Assembly (NCBI RefSeq): GCF_009914755.1
Contig: NC_060936.1
DNA from: the human T2T-CHM13v2.0 reference genome, Homo sapiens
Strand: one strand, 5' to 3'
DNA: 64,000 nucleotides
Of the stretch, positions 1 to 16,600 are shown piece by piece. Under the pieces are notes generated by a model that was given only the letters and a program-made list of their open reading frames with translations, did not search any database and was not told the origin of the DNA. Numbering within the stretch: position 1 is the stretch's first letter; the number at the start of each line of letters is the position of its first letter. The position numbers were made by a program, and so were the translations under genes.

Positions 1-88
1 GGCCAGGCTTGTCTCAAACTCCTGACCTCAAATGATCCACTCGCCTCTGCCTCCCAAAGCGCTGGGATTATAGGCGTGAACCACCGTG

Positions 89-90
<2 letters not shown>
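1..90 (-). mobile_element. Alu, left-arm 5' end (cut by window edge)
   Basis: Reverse complement of the Alu 5' consensus. Confidence 0.9.

Positions 91-132
<42 letters not shown>
91..132. repeat. (GT)n microsatellite
   Basis: About 21 GT units. Confidence 0.95.
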
Positions 133-135
<3 letters not shown>

Positions 136-214
136 AATTATCTTCACCAGTTTTTCTGGAGAAAGAGTCTGCTGAGCTTCTCATGCTATTATGCCAGAAG
201 TCCCTCCCAGTCAA

Positions 215-1425
215 TTAACAAAAGTGGCAAGGTAATTCAATGAGAATACTAGAGTCTTTTTCAAAAAATGGTTCTAGACAATGAATATGGGAAAAATGAA
301 ACTCAACCTTTCCTTATACCATATGCAAAATAATTTGGAATGAATTACAGCCTAAAATATGAGTCAAACTATTAAACTTCTAGAAGAAAACACAGGAAGA
401 ATTATTTGTAATTTTGGGATAGGCAAAGATATCTTAGCTAAGACACAAAAAACATGAATCATACACACATAAAAACTGTAAAACTGGGCTTCATCAAAAA
501 TTTTTAAAGTTTGTCCTTTAAAAGATACTGTTTGAAAAATTAAAAGGCAAGCCAAAGACTACGAGAATAACTTTAAAACCAGAAATCTGATGAAGAACTT
601 GTTTTTGAGATATATAAAGAATTCGTTCAACTGAATAATAATATAGACAATCCAATTTAAAAATGGGCAAAAGTTTGAACAGATACTTCATCAAAGAAGA
701 TATGAAAAATGGCAGGTAAATAAATGATGTTCTATAATATTGGTAGTCTTTAAGGAAATGCAAATTAAAAACATAGGATTGCACTATTTACCTATTAAAA
801 TGGCTAAAACTTAAAAGACTGATGATATATATAGCAAGGGTACAGAGCAACTGTAATACTTATACATTACTGATTGGAACTTAATACGGTACAGCCACTT
901 TGGAAAGCAGTTTGGCAATTTCTCCAAAAGTTAAACACAGACATAACATACAGTGCAGTAATCCCACTCTTACATGTTTACCCAAGAGAAATAAAAACAC
1001 AAAGACTTACATGCAAAGATTCATAACTTTATTAATTACAGCCAAAATCTGGAAACAACCCAAAAGTCTATCAACAGGCAAATGGAAAAACATGTTGTAG
1101 TATAGCCTTACAATAAAATACTACTCAGCAACAAAAGGAATGAAAATATCAGTGAAAGAAGCCAGGCACAAAAGACTGTATGATTCTATTTGTATGAAAT
1201 TCTAGAAAAAAAAATTATAGTGATAGAAAACAAATGTGTGGTTGCCTCAGGGTGGGACTGTTGTGTGGAAATTGGCCAAAGGGGCATGAGAGATCTTTGG
1301 AAGAATGATGAAAATATTTTATATCTTTATTATGGTTTTAGTTACATTACTATACATTTTTCAAACTCACCCAAATGAATCCTGAATGAATTTTATTGTA
1401 TGTAAATTATATCTCTAATTTTTTT
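215..1425 (+). mobile_element. Old L1M fragment (ORF2 C-terminus and 3' UTR)
   Basis: ITAKIWKQPKSLSTGKW motif typical of the L1 ORF2 end; degraded. Confidence 0.8.
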
Positions 1426-1744
1426 AAAAAGGTCAATAGAAGCAATGTATTAAATAGTTTAATAGTAGAGAAAGATCAGAAAGATCAAGACAGAGACACT
1501 GTCTTCATGTATATTAACGTACTGGATATCAGAGATTCTGAAATTATGTTAGATATCAAGTGAAAATATTCTTTTGTCAATCATTTTCATTCAGTTATAA
1601 GACCAACATTTATCTTAAGCCAGATTTGTGAAAATTCAATGTAAAAATAATTATCATACTATTTCACAAGAGTGTTATTGTTCCTTGCTCATTAAAAAAA
1701 AAAAGAGCAAGAGCTTGTTGAGATGTCATAGCTAACAAAGCTAT

Positions 1745-2151
1745 AATAAACTGGGATTTTTTTCAGCAAATGTTTGCTTCCCTTTCCTCTTTGGGTCAGG
1801 GTATACTTTCCACTCCCACTGCCTTTATGCTTGGCCATGCGACTTGCCTTGGCCAATGGAATATGAGCATGCAGGATATCTGCAGAATTTTAAATGTGTT
1901 TGCCTGGCTTAGCTTGCACTTGAACTCCTATAATCAACATACAATTACAACATAGGCAACCAGTGCCTCGTTAGGCTGGATCAAAGCGTGAAGCTTAAGG
2001 GGCAAACCTGAACTTACCTCAAAGCCTGAAACTGAACTACAGCATAAAGCAGAGCCACTTATGAGTGAGAAAATTAAAAGCTTGCCATGATACGACAATA
2101 AATTTGGTGGAGGTTTGTTACAGCATTATTATGGCAAGAGTTGACTCATGC
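1745..2151. mobile_element. MLT1-type MaLR solo LTR
   Basis: ttggccatgcgacttgccttggccaatggaat and terminal tttgttacagca...gactcatgca motifs. Confidence 0.7.
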
Positions 2152-2159
2152 AAAGCTAA

Positions 2160-2390
2160 CATTTGAGGAGAAATTACAATGTTCTAGGCACTGAGCTACA
2201 AACTTTACATATATTACCCATTTAATTATCACAATGACTCTGTAAGAGAAAACATTTTACATTGTCTTTCTAAAATACATGATGAAACTGAAGCACAAAT
2301 AGGATAATTGCATTATCCAAAGTCTCAGAGCTAGTAAGTAACCAAGTAGGGTTTAAACCCAGGATGTTATAATTCTAATACTCACCCAAT
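2160..2390 (-). mobile_element. MIR SINE
   Basis: gaaactgaagcaca ... agctagtaagt ... tttaaacccagg is the reverse MIR core. Confidence 0.7.
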
Positions 2391-2933
2391 GCACTAATTA
2401 TCAAGATCAAATTGAATTTTTAAATTCTATTCTTCTAGTTGGGGTGTTAAATAATGGTTAACACTCTTCAATCTCCATAAACCCTTTTCTTCTCTTCCAC
2501 CTAACCTGCCCATCTTCATACCTGTATCTAAACAACCATCTGTTTACTGTACCCCAACTATTGGGTTGTCAGTAGCTAGAAAAGTACGCTGCCTTGACTC
2601 CATTACAAGGTTAGCTGATGGACTTTCCATATAGCTTTGCAAAATTGTGCTTATTCATGTTGATTCCATTTTGCATTCCCCACAATAGCTGTTCCAAACC
2701 TTAATCACCAAGATAAGCCCTAATTTCAATATCACTCCTCACTCTCAGAGGCTCTGCCTCCAATTTCTCAGCAAATGAATATTCCATGAGGCATTACATT
2801 TCTCAACTTTTTTCCTCTCTGCCTTATACCTATCTTTACCTCTCTTTACTCCTTGCTCTTGTGTCTCAAATGACTAATTCTACCCCCATACTCTTGTCTT
2901 TCTTCCTTCCCATACCTTGTTCTACAGATTTAA

Positions 2934-3558
<625 letters not shown>

Positions 3559-3794
3559 TGACACTGTTGACTACATACATCAACTCCATCCCTCCAGACC
3601 CACCCCGCACCTCATTGTTCCTCCTTCTATGTTCTCTATTATGGTTACTGGTACCATTCAGTCACCCAGCCTAGAAGTCTTAAGGTCAATCTAGTCTTTT
3701 TCTCTCTCACATCATAGCCTCTTAACATCTCCAATATTATTTTTATTACTATTTTGCTCTTATAATCTCTCAGTTGGACTATTCAAAAAGTCTT

Positions 3795-6160
3795 CTAAGA
3801 TGGAAGTTGATAGCAATAAACACCTACATCAAGAAACGTAGAAAGATTTCAAATAATCAGTCTAATGATGCACCTAAAGGAATTAGAAAAGCAAGAATAA
3901 GCCAAATCCCAAAGTTAGCAGAAGGAAAGAAGTAATAAAAATCAGAGCAGAAATAAATGAAATAGAGACCACAAAAATAAAAAAGATCAACGAAATGAAA
4001 AGTTGGCTTTTCAAAAAGATAAAATTGGTAAACCACTAGCTAGACTAACCAAGAAAAAAAGAGAAGTCCAAATAAATAAAATCAGAAATTAAGAAATGGA
4101 ACATCACAACCAATACCTTAGAAATACAAAATATCATCAGAGACTATTATTAACAGCTATACATAAACAAACTGGAAAACCCAGAGGAAGTGGATAAATT
4201 CCTGGACATATACAGCCTACCAAGAATAAATCAGGAAGATACAGAAAACCTGAACAGACCAATAATAAGTAATGAAACTGAATCTACAATAAAAAGCCTC
4301 CCAACAAGGAAAGGCTTGGACCAGATGGCTTCACTGCCAAATTCTACCAAACATATAAAGAAGAACTAGTACTAATTCTCCTCAAACTATTCCAAAAAAA
4401 TAAAGAGGAGGGAGTTCTCCCTAACTCATTCTATGAGGCTAGAATTACCCTGATACTAAAGCCAGACAAGGACATATACCAAAAAAAAAAAAAAAAAGAA
4501 TATCCCTGAAGGACATAGACACAAGAATCTTCAACAAAATACTAGCAAACTGAATATCATAGCACATCAAAAAGATAACACATACACCATGATCTAGTTG
4601 CATTTATCCCAGGTTGCAAGGATGTTTCAACATATGCATATGAATAAACATAATATATCACATCAACAGAATGAAGGACAAAAATGATATGATCATTGAT
4701 AGATACAGAAAAAGCATTTGATAAAATTCAACAATGCTTCATGATAAAAATTCTCAACAAGCTAGCATAGAAGGTAGATATCTCAGCATAATAAAGGCCA
4801 TATATGATAAACCCACAGCTAACATCATACTGATGGGGAAAGCATTTCCTCTAAGAACTAGAACAAGACAAAGATTTCCACTTTCAACACTCTATGCAAC
4901 ATAGTACTGGAAGTCCTAGCCAGAGCAATCGGGCAAGAGAATGAAAGAAAAGGCGTCCAAACTGGAAAAGAAGTAAAATTGTCCCTCTTTGCAGACAATT
5001 TGATCTTATATTTAGAAAAATCAAAAGAAACCACCACAAAAAAAAACTCTTCAAACTGATAAATTCAGTAAAGTTGCAGGACGCAAAATCAGCACACAAA
5101 AATCACCAGTATTTTTATACACCAAAAATGACATAGCTGAAAAAGAAACCAAGAAGGCAATCTTATTTACAGTAGCTACAAACCAAATAACTAAAAATAA
5201 ATTTAACCAAGGAGGTGAAAGACATCTAGAAGGAAAACTACAAAACACTGATAAAAGAAACTGAAGAGGGCATAAACAAAGAGAAAGACATCCCATGTTC
5301 ACAGATCAGAGGAATTTTATGGCAAAGAATTCAAAAGCACAGACAACAAAAACAAAAATAGACAAATGGAATTACATTAAACTAAAAAGCTTCTGCACAG
5401 CAAAGGAAACAATCAACAGAGTGGAGAGACAACCTATTGAATGAAAGAAAGTATTTGCAAACTATTCATCCAACAAGGGACTAATATCCAGCATATAAGG
5501 AACTCAAATGATTCAACAATAAAAAATCTAATAATCCCATTAAAAATAGGCAAAGGAAATGAATAGACACTTCTCACAAGAAGACATACAAATGGCCACC
5601 AGGGATATGGAAAATGTCAACATCACTAATCATCAGGGAAATGTATATTAAAACCACAATGAGATATCATCTTACCCCAGTTAGAATGACTATTATTAAA
5701 AAGACAACAGATGCTGGTGAGAATGCAGAGAAAGGGAACTTTTATATGCTGTTGATAAAAATGTAAATTAGTACAGCTGCTATGGAAAACAGTATGGAGA
5801 TTTCTCAAAAAACTAAAAATAGAACTACCATGAGATTCAGCAATCACACTGCTGGTTATTTATCATCAAAGGAAGGAAAATCAGTATATCAAAGGGATAC
5901 CTGCACCTTCGTGTTTATTACAGCACTATTCACAACAGCAAAGACATGGAATCAACTTAAGTGCCCATCAACGGATGAATGGATAAAGAAAATGTGGTAT
6001 ATATACACAGTGAAATACTTGTTGTCCATAAACAATGAGATCCTGTCATTTGCAGTAACATGGATGGAACTAGAAATCCTTATGTTAAGTGAAATAAGCT
6101 AGACATACAAAGACAAACATAATATCACATTTTCTCACTCATATGTAGGAGGTAGGAAAT
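3795..6160 (+). mobile_element. 5'-truncated L1 (L1PB/L1MA-like), ORF2 RT region to 3' end, internal deletion near 5310
   Basis: L1 ORF2 peptides (TAKTWNQLKCPSTDEWIKKMWYIYT) and a degraded RT region. Confidence 0.9.
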
Positions 6161-7355
6161 GCAAACTTAATCAAGTAATGGCTTTCCTCTCCTTCCCACT
6201 TCTTTTCCCCATGCTTAAAACCCTTCAGTGGGTATTCCATAATTATCCATTGCCTAGAGGATAAGGACAAAATGTATTATTGGGAATAAAAGGTGTTTTT
6301 TGGCCACCTCTACAGCATCAACTCCTGATCACCTCCCCATACCATGTCTTTTGCATCCTTGAAATTTTTCCACCTTGTTCCCTTCAACATCACTTTTTCC
6401 TATTTCCCCCCTACCTGTATAATACCTTTCAGTTTCTTTCTCAAGTTCTTAGATCCTCGGGTCTTTGTTTTTTCTTCTCTTTTAGTTCTAGCAATTCAAT
6501 TGCCCTGGGCAATCTTGTCCCTTCTGATCAACCTCATTGTGTCCAATTACCAACTATTCATCAATAGTTTATTAATTTTAATCTACAGCCTCCAACTTCT
6601 ATCCTAAGCCATAGTCCCATAGACATTCTAGTATTGTCAATAATTACAGCTCATTTATTGAAAAACTGCTACATGCCAGCAATTGCATTAGATGTGTGCT
6701 AGAACACATATCTATTAAATAAACATGTTCTCATTTAATCATTACAGAATGCTGTAAAGCAGGCACAACTGTTCCTTCTTTGGGATGAACACAGACATGG
6801 AATTTATATAATGTTCCCAGTATCATATAGGTAGAAAGTACTGAAGCAGGAATTTAAGCTCAGATTGGCAAAAGACCATTTCACTAAGATATTCACTACT
6901 TTTTACCAAACTCCTTCAAATGCACATATTCTTCAGTACTTATTTTATTATTTCCAAACCCAAATCACTCCTCCATCTGTTATTCCCACATTCACTCATA
7001 GCATTACTATTACCAGGAACAATACAGAAGTCTTCCAAGTCACATTTAACTCCTCCATCTAACTTCTCCATATTTGTTGGGTCACTAAGCCACATTCTAT
7101 GTCTGAAAAAGCTCTTGAATCTCCCTCTTTTTATTGTAGTATTTCAGTAGCTGTCTCACAGTTCTCCAGTTTCTGCCCCTGTAATTATCTTCCATTTCTT
7201 TGAGAGTTTGCTTTCTAAATAAATCTGACTGACTTCTAGATAAGATGACTGAATATGCACAATTCTCTTCTCTACTTCCTAATATTCCAATTAAAATGAT
7301 CAGTGAAACCATTAAAAACTAGAGTAACCAGTACTACAAAGAATAACATTCTCAC

Positions 7356-7454
7356 ATCACAGAATTGAAGAACTTTTGTAAGTTTAGGCCAACAGAACTT
7401 TATTGAAGGAAGGATTGGCCCAAACCAAGACTCACTAGTTAAGAAGTAACTTGT
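7356..7454 (-). pseudogene. Relic exon candidate M (99 nt)
   Basis: ttttctttatttactttccag|A ... GAT|gtgaga; 33 open codons TSYFLTSESWFGPILPSIKFCWPKLTKVLQFCD. Confidence 0.35.
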
Positions 7455-7502
7455 CTGGAAAGTAAATAAAGAAAACCAACAGAATCCCACAAATATGCTC
7501 AC

Positions 7503-7620
7503 ATTTGGAGATGTGAGGCTGGAGGTGAAAGCAGACTGTGAAGCAAGTAGGTGATTCCATATTACATTGTGGCTTAGAGTTCAGGTGGACATTTGATACC
7601 AACTCACTGTGTCCTTTAAG
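7503..7620 (-). pseudogene. Relic exon candidate L (118 nt)
   Basis: cccttacag|C ... AAT|gtgagc; open frame (ORF 7435..7632). Confidence 0.35.
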
Positions 7621-8701
7621 CTGTAAGGGCATATACTAATACTAAGTACTCTGTGGAATATTAAGTCCTCTAGTGGAAGGCCATCTTCCACTAGACTTAG
7701 GCAAAGGTTAGGAATTACTTCCCTCACTCCATTCAGGGAGGGTATTCACATACACTATCATCTTTCTCCAAAATCTCTCCCCTAATCTCCCATCTCCTAA
7801 CTTTCACAACCTCCATGTCTTTAAGGGATGCAAATGCTGTCTGACTAATTCTACCCTAACTTTATAAATTCTAAACCACTGTGGCCTTCAACCCCACTTT
7901 GAAGTATGGCATCTAGTATCTTGGGGCTTCAAAAGAAACTTCCATTTTAATATCCTTTTACATTAATACTCTGGATAATGTTTCTATCTGTGATTTGATG
8001 GGGAGGGTTTTTTTGGGGGGGGGCGGGGCCAAAAAAAAAGTACTCAAAGCTAAAAAAAAACTCCATCCAAGATCCTTTGTCTTTAAATACCATTTGAAGT
8101 TAGACTAGTGGATTCAAATCCTGACTCCAGGGACTAACTGTATAAGCTTTGGGAACAATCTAAGCATCTTAAGTTTCAGTTTTATAATCATATATGAATA
8201 ATGACAGGCCTTCGTAGAATTTTGTAAAAATTAAATAACATGTTCTAAACAAAACTAAAAATATTTCTAGCGGCCCATAATGTCCCAGATGAAAACTGCC
8301 CCTTCCACGTCTCTTTGACCATGTCATCTCCATGTCATCTCTATGTCATCTCCGCCTCACTCATGCCAATCACTGTTCCACCTCAAGCGTTCTGCTGCCA
8401 CTTCTTTTTTCTCCCCCTGGAATATTCATTCCTCAGATAGTTGATGGCTAACTGTTCCACCTGCTTCAGGTCTTTGCTCAAACACAACCTTCTCCATCCT
8501 TCTCTGAGCATTCCATGTAAGCCTAAGCCCCTTGTTTTACTTCTGCCCTTCCCTCTATCCCTTCCCTGCCTTGATTTGCTCCATAGCACTTATCATCTTT
8601 ATCATACTACATATTTTCACATTTTTACTTTACCTTCTGTCTCCTCCCACTTAATGTGGGATCCACTAAGAACATTACCTGGCACATAAGAACTAGTCGG
8701 T

Positions 8702-9021
8702 AGCCAGGAACAGTGGCTCACACCTGCAATCCAGCACTTTTGGAGACAGAGGCAAGAGAATCACTTGAGCCCAAGTGTTCAAGACCAGCCTGGGTAACAC
8801 AGTGAGACCCCATCTCTACGAAAAAAGAAATTAATTAGCTGGCCATGGTGGCACACACTTACAATTCCAGCTACTTGGGAAGCTGAGGGGGAGGATCACT
8901 TGAGCCCAGGAAGTTGAAACTAGAGTGATCCATGATCACACAACTGTACTCCAGCCTGGTTAACAGAGGGAGACCGTGTCTCAAAAACAAAAACAAAAAC
9001 AAAAAACAAAAAACAAAAAAA
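8702..9021 (+). mobile_element. AluJ-like with (AAAAAC)n tail, TSD AACTAGTC
   Basis: Alu consensus with J-type diagnostics (ttgagcccagg). Confidence 0.9.
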
Positions 9022-9270
9022 CTAGTCAATAAATACAGGCTACTGTTGTAATAATAAATATTATAATGCAGCACCTCTGTGAAATATTCCAGGAATCAGA
9101 CCTGACTGCAGCATTGTTCCTGGCTTACACACAGCATGTCAGGCAAAAGTGTATGTCAGACAAGAAAAAGGATCTGCTCATATGAAAGCATAGGGTAAAA
9201 TCACAAGGATCAATGAGGGTAAGTTAAATAGTATCCCATAACATCAAGTTAAATTAAAAATTAGGAGAAA

Positions 9271-10580
<1,310 letters not shown>

Positions 10581-10589
10581 GCTAAATTT

Positions 10590-10934
10590 AAAAAAAAGAA
10601 TAAGATCATGTCCTTTGCAGGGATATGGATGGACCTAGAGGCCATTATCCTTAGCAAAGTAACACAGGAAGAGAAAACCAAATACCATATGTTCTCACTT
10701 ATAAGTGGGAACTAAGTGATGAGAACACATGGACACATACAGCGGAACAATACACACTGGAGCCTATTGGAGGGTGGAAGGTGGTAGGAAGGAGAGGATC
10801 AGGAAAAAAAAAACTAATGGGTACTAAGCTTAATACCTCGGTGATAAAATAATATGTACAAACCCCCATGACATAAGTTTAGCTATGTAACAAACCTGCA
10901 CATGTACCCCTGAACTTAAAAGAAAAAAAAAAAC
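10590..10934 (+). mobile_element. Second, older L1PA 3' end fragment
   Basis: 3' UTR ...aacctgcacatgtacccctgaacttaaa followed by poly-A. Confidence 0.85.
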
Positions 10935-11221
10935 AGTGGAGGCAATTGCAAAGACAATAAATGATGTATTTGATTACATTAAAAATTGAAATATCAAAAC
11001 ATTCCCAGAAAAATTAAAAAGAAAGAAAACCAAAGCAGAGTATTCACACACAAAAAATATAATTTTTTAAAAAATCTAGATTTTATAATTTGACTTAAGA
11101 AACAACATAACAAAGACTGGTATGGAAGATGCAAAATTTTTAAATCTAAGTATGTCACTGTTTATTAAAGTAGTAAAAATAAGAGTAAGTGAAATATACA
11201 TTAAAATGCACACTAGAATTT

Positions 11222-11530
<309 letters not shown>

Positions 11531-11609
11531 CTAGAATTTAAGTTTTTATTCTCTGGTTGCTTTTATTTCAATTACTAATGTTAGAAGCTATTTTTTAGCA
11601 AATCCTCAC

Positions 11610-11743
11610 AACTTTGTACTTTTCCAGGCAATGGCCATCAATATCTTCCTTTCTCTAAACTGGCCAAGAAATCTTGATAACAAATTATTTTGACCTCATG
11701 ATATTATATCAGCTACCTCTAAGTGCTTTCTCTAGTTTATAGC
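11610..11743 (-). pseudogene. Relic exon candidate K (134 nt)
   Basis: tttctgcctgctag|G ... AGTT|gtgagg; AIN*RKHLEVADIIS*GQNNLLSRFLGQFRERKILMAIAWKSTK. Confidence 0.4.
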
Positions 11744-12509
11744 CTAGCAGGCAGAAACTCTGCCTTAATTATTCACATAGTATCTGATTTAAGTAACCTA
11801 TTATATGCATATACTTAATTATAATAAATTGTATCAGGGTCTCTCAACAAAATGAACTTCTATTATTGTAAGCCTACAGATATAGGGAAAGACTTTTGTC
11901 TCAAGCACGACAAAATCTAGAGGTTCACCTAAAATAGAGATTAAAGAAAAAGACCTTTCAGTTCCTATGGCTATTGTTTCATTAATTTTAGCATACATGT
12001 AATTTACCAATAATCTAATGTAGTCTATTTTTTAAATGATTTTTAAGTATAACTTTGTCTCCATTATGAATATATTTTTACAAGTTACTTCTAAAACTAA
12101 GTCTATTTCTAAAACCACATTTTGGAATGGCAAGTCATCTTTTCTCTCAGAATGAAATCTACAACATAACGTTAATCTTTTAAGGATAGAGAGGAAGAGA
12201 GGATTAATAAAGCAAATCTTATTCCAGTACAAATAGGAATCTGTATGTGGCTGGAGAGGTACCTTTATGCTGAATAATTTTCAAGTTATATGTAACTTTA
12301 TTCTGCGGTTTTCTATTCCTGTGGGACTGTGAGAGCAGGTGAAATATTTGTCACCAACCATAAAAAATTATGAACTAAAGTAATAACACTACAATAACTA
12401 AGCTCGTCTCTAACAGATGTATTCTGTGGAAATTTCCCAAGACAACAGCCTTAGAAAATGGAGTAGTGTTAATTTCAACTAAAGTTCTCCATATTGAACT
12501 ATGTCTTAC

Positions 12510-12609
12510 AGGTCTAAAGTTCTGATGCATCTTTAAATAATGGGTTTTGAAAAAAGCTTCATACATCTTGATAACTTTCTCGGCTTTAATTGTGTTGATT
12601 CTAACAATC
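12510..12609 (-). pseudogene. Relic exon candidate J (100 nt, possibly longer)
   Basis: tttttctcattag|G ... CCT|gtaaga. The frame IVRINTIKAEKVIKMYEAFFKTHYLKMHQNFRP stays open for ~78 codons (ORF 12375..12566). Confidence 0.45.
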
Positions 12610-12664
12610 CTAATGAGAAAAATTAATGCCTAAAGCCAATGGTGATACCAGAAAGATATTAAAA

Positions 12665-12800
12665 TACAGCTGGCACTCTTTATCCATGGGTTCCACGTCT
12701 GCAGACAAGAAGGGTCAACTAAGGAACTTGAGCATCCATGGATTTCAGTATCCTTTGGGTTCCTGCAACCAACCCCCTGCAGATACTGAAAGATGACTAT
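12665..12800. mobile_element. MER2-like (TcMar-Tigger) MITE remnant
   Basis: atccatgggttccacgtctgcaga ... gaacttgagcatccatggatttcagtatcc ... cagatactga, MER2-type ends. Confidence 0.65.
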
Positions 12801-13071
12801 ATCTGGAACATACAGATTAAATGAGATATTGGGAATAACAAAAGAGGGAGAAATGAAGGGGAAAGGTTTCAAGTGAATTAATTCTTACTTAAAAAATTCA
12901 TACTAATAGATTAATTTCTCCTTTTTGAGAGTCAATCACATGATAAGTCAATGTAATATTTTTCAATATACACTAAATAGTATAGAATTTGGTGAGGCAC
13001 AAATTCCCTGAACTGGATCAACAGAAGTTTCTTATTTAAAGTACAAGACCATCATTAAAAGTTTCACTTAC

Positions 13072-13180
13072 AACTGTAAACCCCAAGAAAGAACAGATGC
13101 TCTGAAGCATTCTTCACACTGTCCTTAAGTCCCTATGTCCACCTCTTCCTCTGCATTCAGATTAACTTCTGAAGGAAATC
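13072..13180 (-). pseudogene. Relic exon candidate I (109 nt)
   Basis: tttgcttgatttcag|G ... AGTT|gtaagt; purine-rich, exon-like interior. Confidence 0.5.
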
Positions 13181-13376
13181 CTGAAATCAAGCAAATATAA
13201 CACTACAGCTACAGGCATTCTTTTTTTACTCTGCTTAGTTCCTCTTTCTTCAGTACTAAAATTAAAGCTATACAACTGCCTTAGCAGCCTGAATAAATGT
13301 TCTATCTTTGAAGGATTAGAAACCTGCAAATGGAAAAGGCGTTACAAACAAAACAGTAACTTAAAAAGATACTTCA

Positions 13377-13690
<314 letters not shown>

Positions 13691-16600
13691 GTAGTATCTT
13701 TAGGAGCCCAAGAAGCCATCCTAACGAAAAAAACACAAATGCTTATTAAGGGGATCCTGATGAAAAGACTCAGGATGTTCAAAGTCTTAAATTTGTTTTA
13801 AAAACCTTCAAAGTATAAATAGCTATTCTAATATCTAATTCAATAAACAAAGAGAATAAGGAAACATAACATAACTGATCACTGTAATTGTGCATAAGTG
13901 CACATGCATAAAGAACCAATGATTAAAGACAGAAGTAACAGTGATGTTAAGAAACATTGATGTTGCAACATAACAAACTAATGAGAAGCATAAGAACAGT
14001 AAACATTGGGCAAATTTGTCTCAAGCTCATCTTCATCAGATTTCAGCTTACAGTATCCTATCTACTCGGAAGTCCTTAATAGTATATAAAAATATCTCTA
14101 AGCACTTCAAAAAACAACATTAAGAAGAGCAAAATATGGTGGTTTTATTCATGTGGCTTCTCATTTATTGAAAATTCAGGGTCTCCATGCTTGCAATTTG
14201 CAAACAACTACAAACAGCAGCCTCAATTTTCTATCTTATCACTTGGGAAAAAGCACTAAAATCATTTTTAATGGTTTATTTTGTAAGCACAAATTGTAAG
14301 CATCAGATTGTGAAAGTATCTTGATGCTATAAACAAACAGTAAAATTACAATTTACAATTTAATTAAGAAAACAAAAAATATAACCTGTCATTTTATTAT
14401 TTTTAAAAATCTAATTGATTTAAATTAAATGCCATGTTTCATTTGTCATATAAGAAAATATAAATTCACCTTTCATATTAATAATTATACTTCAATTATA
14501 TTTTATGATACAATATTTAACTACTGATCTAAAATATATATTTTCTTATTTTTAAAATACATTCCATAAATAAAAGACAATGATTTTCTAAATATTTAAT
14601 GGTGTTCAAAAAAACAGAAAGAACCACATTAATAGGAGTTCATGAGCCATATACGGTTGGAAAAATATGCTCTTAGATAAGCCTGATTATTCCCACTCTA
14701 CCAGTAATAACAAAAAGACTCAGTTATGTAAGTAATTTGTGTCCAAGTTTACATAACTGGTGAGCAGCAACACTAGGGTTTAAACCAGGGCCGTGTAACT
14801 CTCAGCTTATTCTATGAAATCATGATATCAATGAACAAATGAATGAATTTTATTTCCCCAAGGTTTCTGAATAAGAAGCTATTTCCACACACTGTTAGGT
14901 GGCTTCATTGTGCCATCAATAATAACACAGATACAATTAAGGAAATAATTCAGTGTAACAAATATTTTCTCTAGTCCCTATCCAAGTGTTTAGTACTCAA
15001 AAATGAAATGCTCATGTATTAGCAATCTGGCTATCAACCAATTCAAATTAAAATTCCATTTACCAATGTCATCAATTACTTCCTAATGTCAACTCTTTTG
15101 CAGTTTTCATTGCTTGTGGCCTCAGCAGTCAGTCATTTTCCCTCAAATATTCTCATTTAGTTCCTGTTATGTTACATTACCCTGAATTTTTTCTACCTCT
15201 TCATTCCCTTGCTTCTATACAATCATTGTAATGACATAAGTACAAATATTAACAAAAGTATATCAGTGCAACAAAAAATATGACAGAGTAAGTAACATTA
15301 ACTAGGACAGAGAGAGGTATAAACTTCTAGATCCCAAAATTCTCACTAAGGGATGGATGGCTGTAAATGACTGTATTGGAAAGTCACATCAGTTCAGACC
15401 TCAGGAGGCAGTATTGTCCCATCTGGGCATAGTCTTACATACAGAAGCAATCCAGCCTGCATCTGAGACAGGTGTATTTTTTTCTAACTTCAAGTTGTAT
15501 AACATGTAACATGACTGCAAGAGTACTATACATAACACATTCAAGCAGTTTTTTAAATCCTTAATCCTCACCCTCAGACTCTCTCTAGTCTGATAAAGCC
15601 TAGTCCCTATAAATTACTAAATTCAGTGTCATGGAACTGGAACTACAAATCCCTGGGAGTCATGCTATATAATCTATTCTAATTTCTTTCATATACCCCA
15701 TATTCCCTATATTCTTCACACTCCCAAAAATGGGACCCTTCAAAGGCTCAGGTCTGAACCCCTTTCTCCTCCTTCAATATATCAAGCTTATACCTTTGTG
15801 TTTATAATTCCACAATCAAATCTCTTGCCCTAAAAGCTTTCCCAAGCTCCTTTTTCAAACCTCCCCCTGCTAGGCATCACCACCTTGGAATTTTGCAGTC
15901 ACTTCAAGGTTAACATGTTTGAAACTAAACTTATCCTCTTTCTAACACAGCCAGTTTCCCTTCTTGTTTTCTGAGTTGCAGAAGAGAGTGATCCCTGGTT
16001 TCCTCTCTTCTCCCTCTCTCCTGCAACCTATAGCCACCAAGTCTTGTAAATTCAGCCTTCATAAGTTTCCTTCCTGACCACCCCAATCCTCATCTCAGCC
16101 CTTTTTCCCAGAGAAATGCAACTGTTTCCTAACTGATTTCTACACAAACTGTCTCTTCCTCTCCCTCTGCTCAAACTATATTTCACACTTCACTTCCTGT
16201 TAAAAAATCTTTAATGGATCCCCATTGCCTATAAAATATCTTTCATACTATTTATCCAATTATTTAAAATTCTTGTTGGATCCCTGTCTCTATAACCTCT
16301 TCTCTCTCTTCTCCTATACATCAGTCATCCAATCCAGTCAAATTGCTCCAAATAAAACATGCAGTCCCACTTACGTGATGTTGGTTGGAAATTTCTCACG
16401 CCTAGAATGCTCTCCTTTCTCTCCTACACTTAACTAAGCCCTACCTTTCAAAATTGGATTGCTATCTCAAATCTCTCTTATTAAACACATGTGAAAAATG
16501 AACCATTTTCTCATAATCCTTGCCAAAAAACAACATCTAAACTCCTAAAGAATCCATCCAAAAGAAACACATGAGTACACCTAAAATCTGAAAGTCAGGA

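Noticed and set aside
8320-8352. Short tandem CATGTCATCTC x3 (also duplicated 13-19-mers near 25427 and 39060)
   Set aside because: Ordinary slippage duplications with no spacers; not CRISPR-like or evidently functional.
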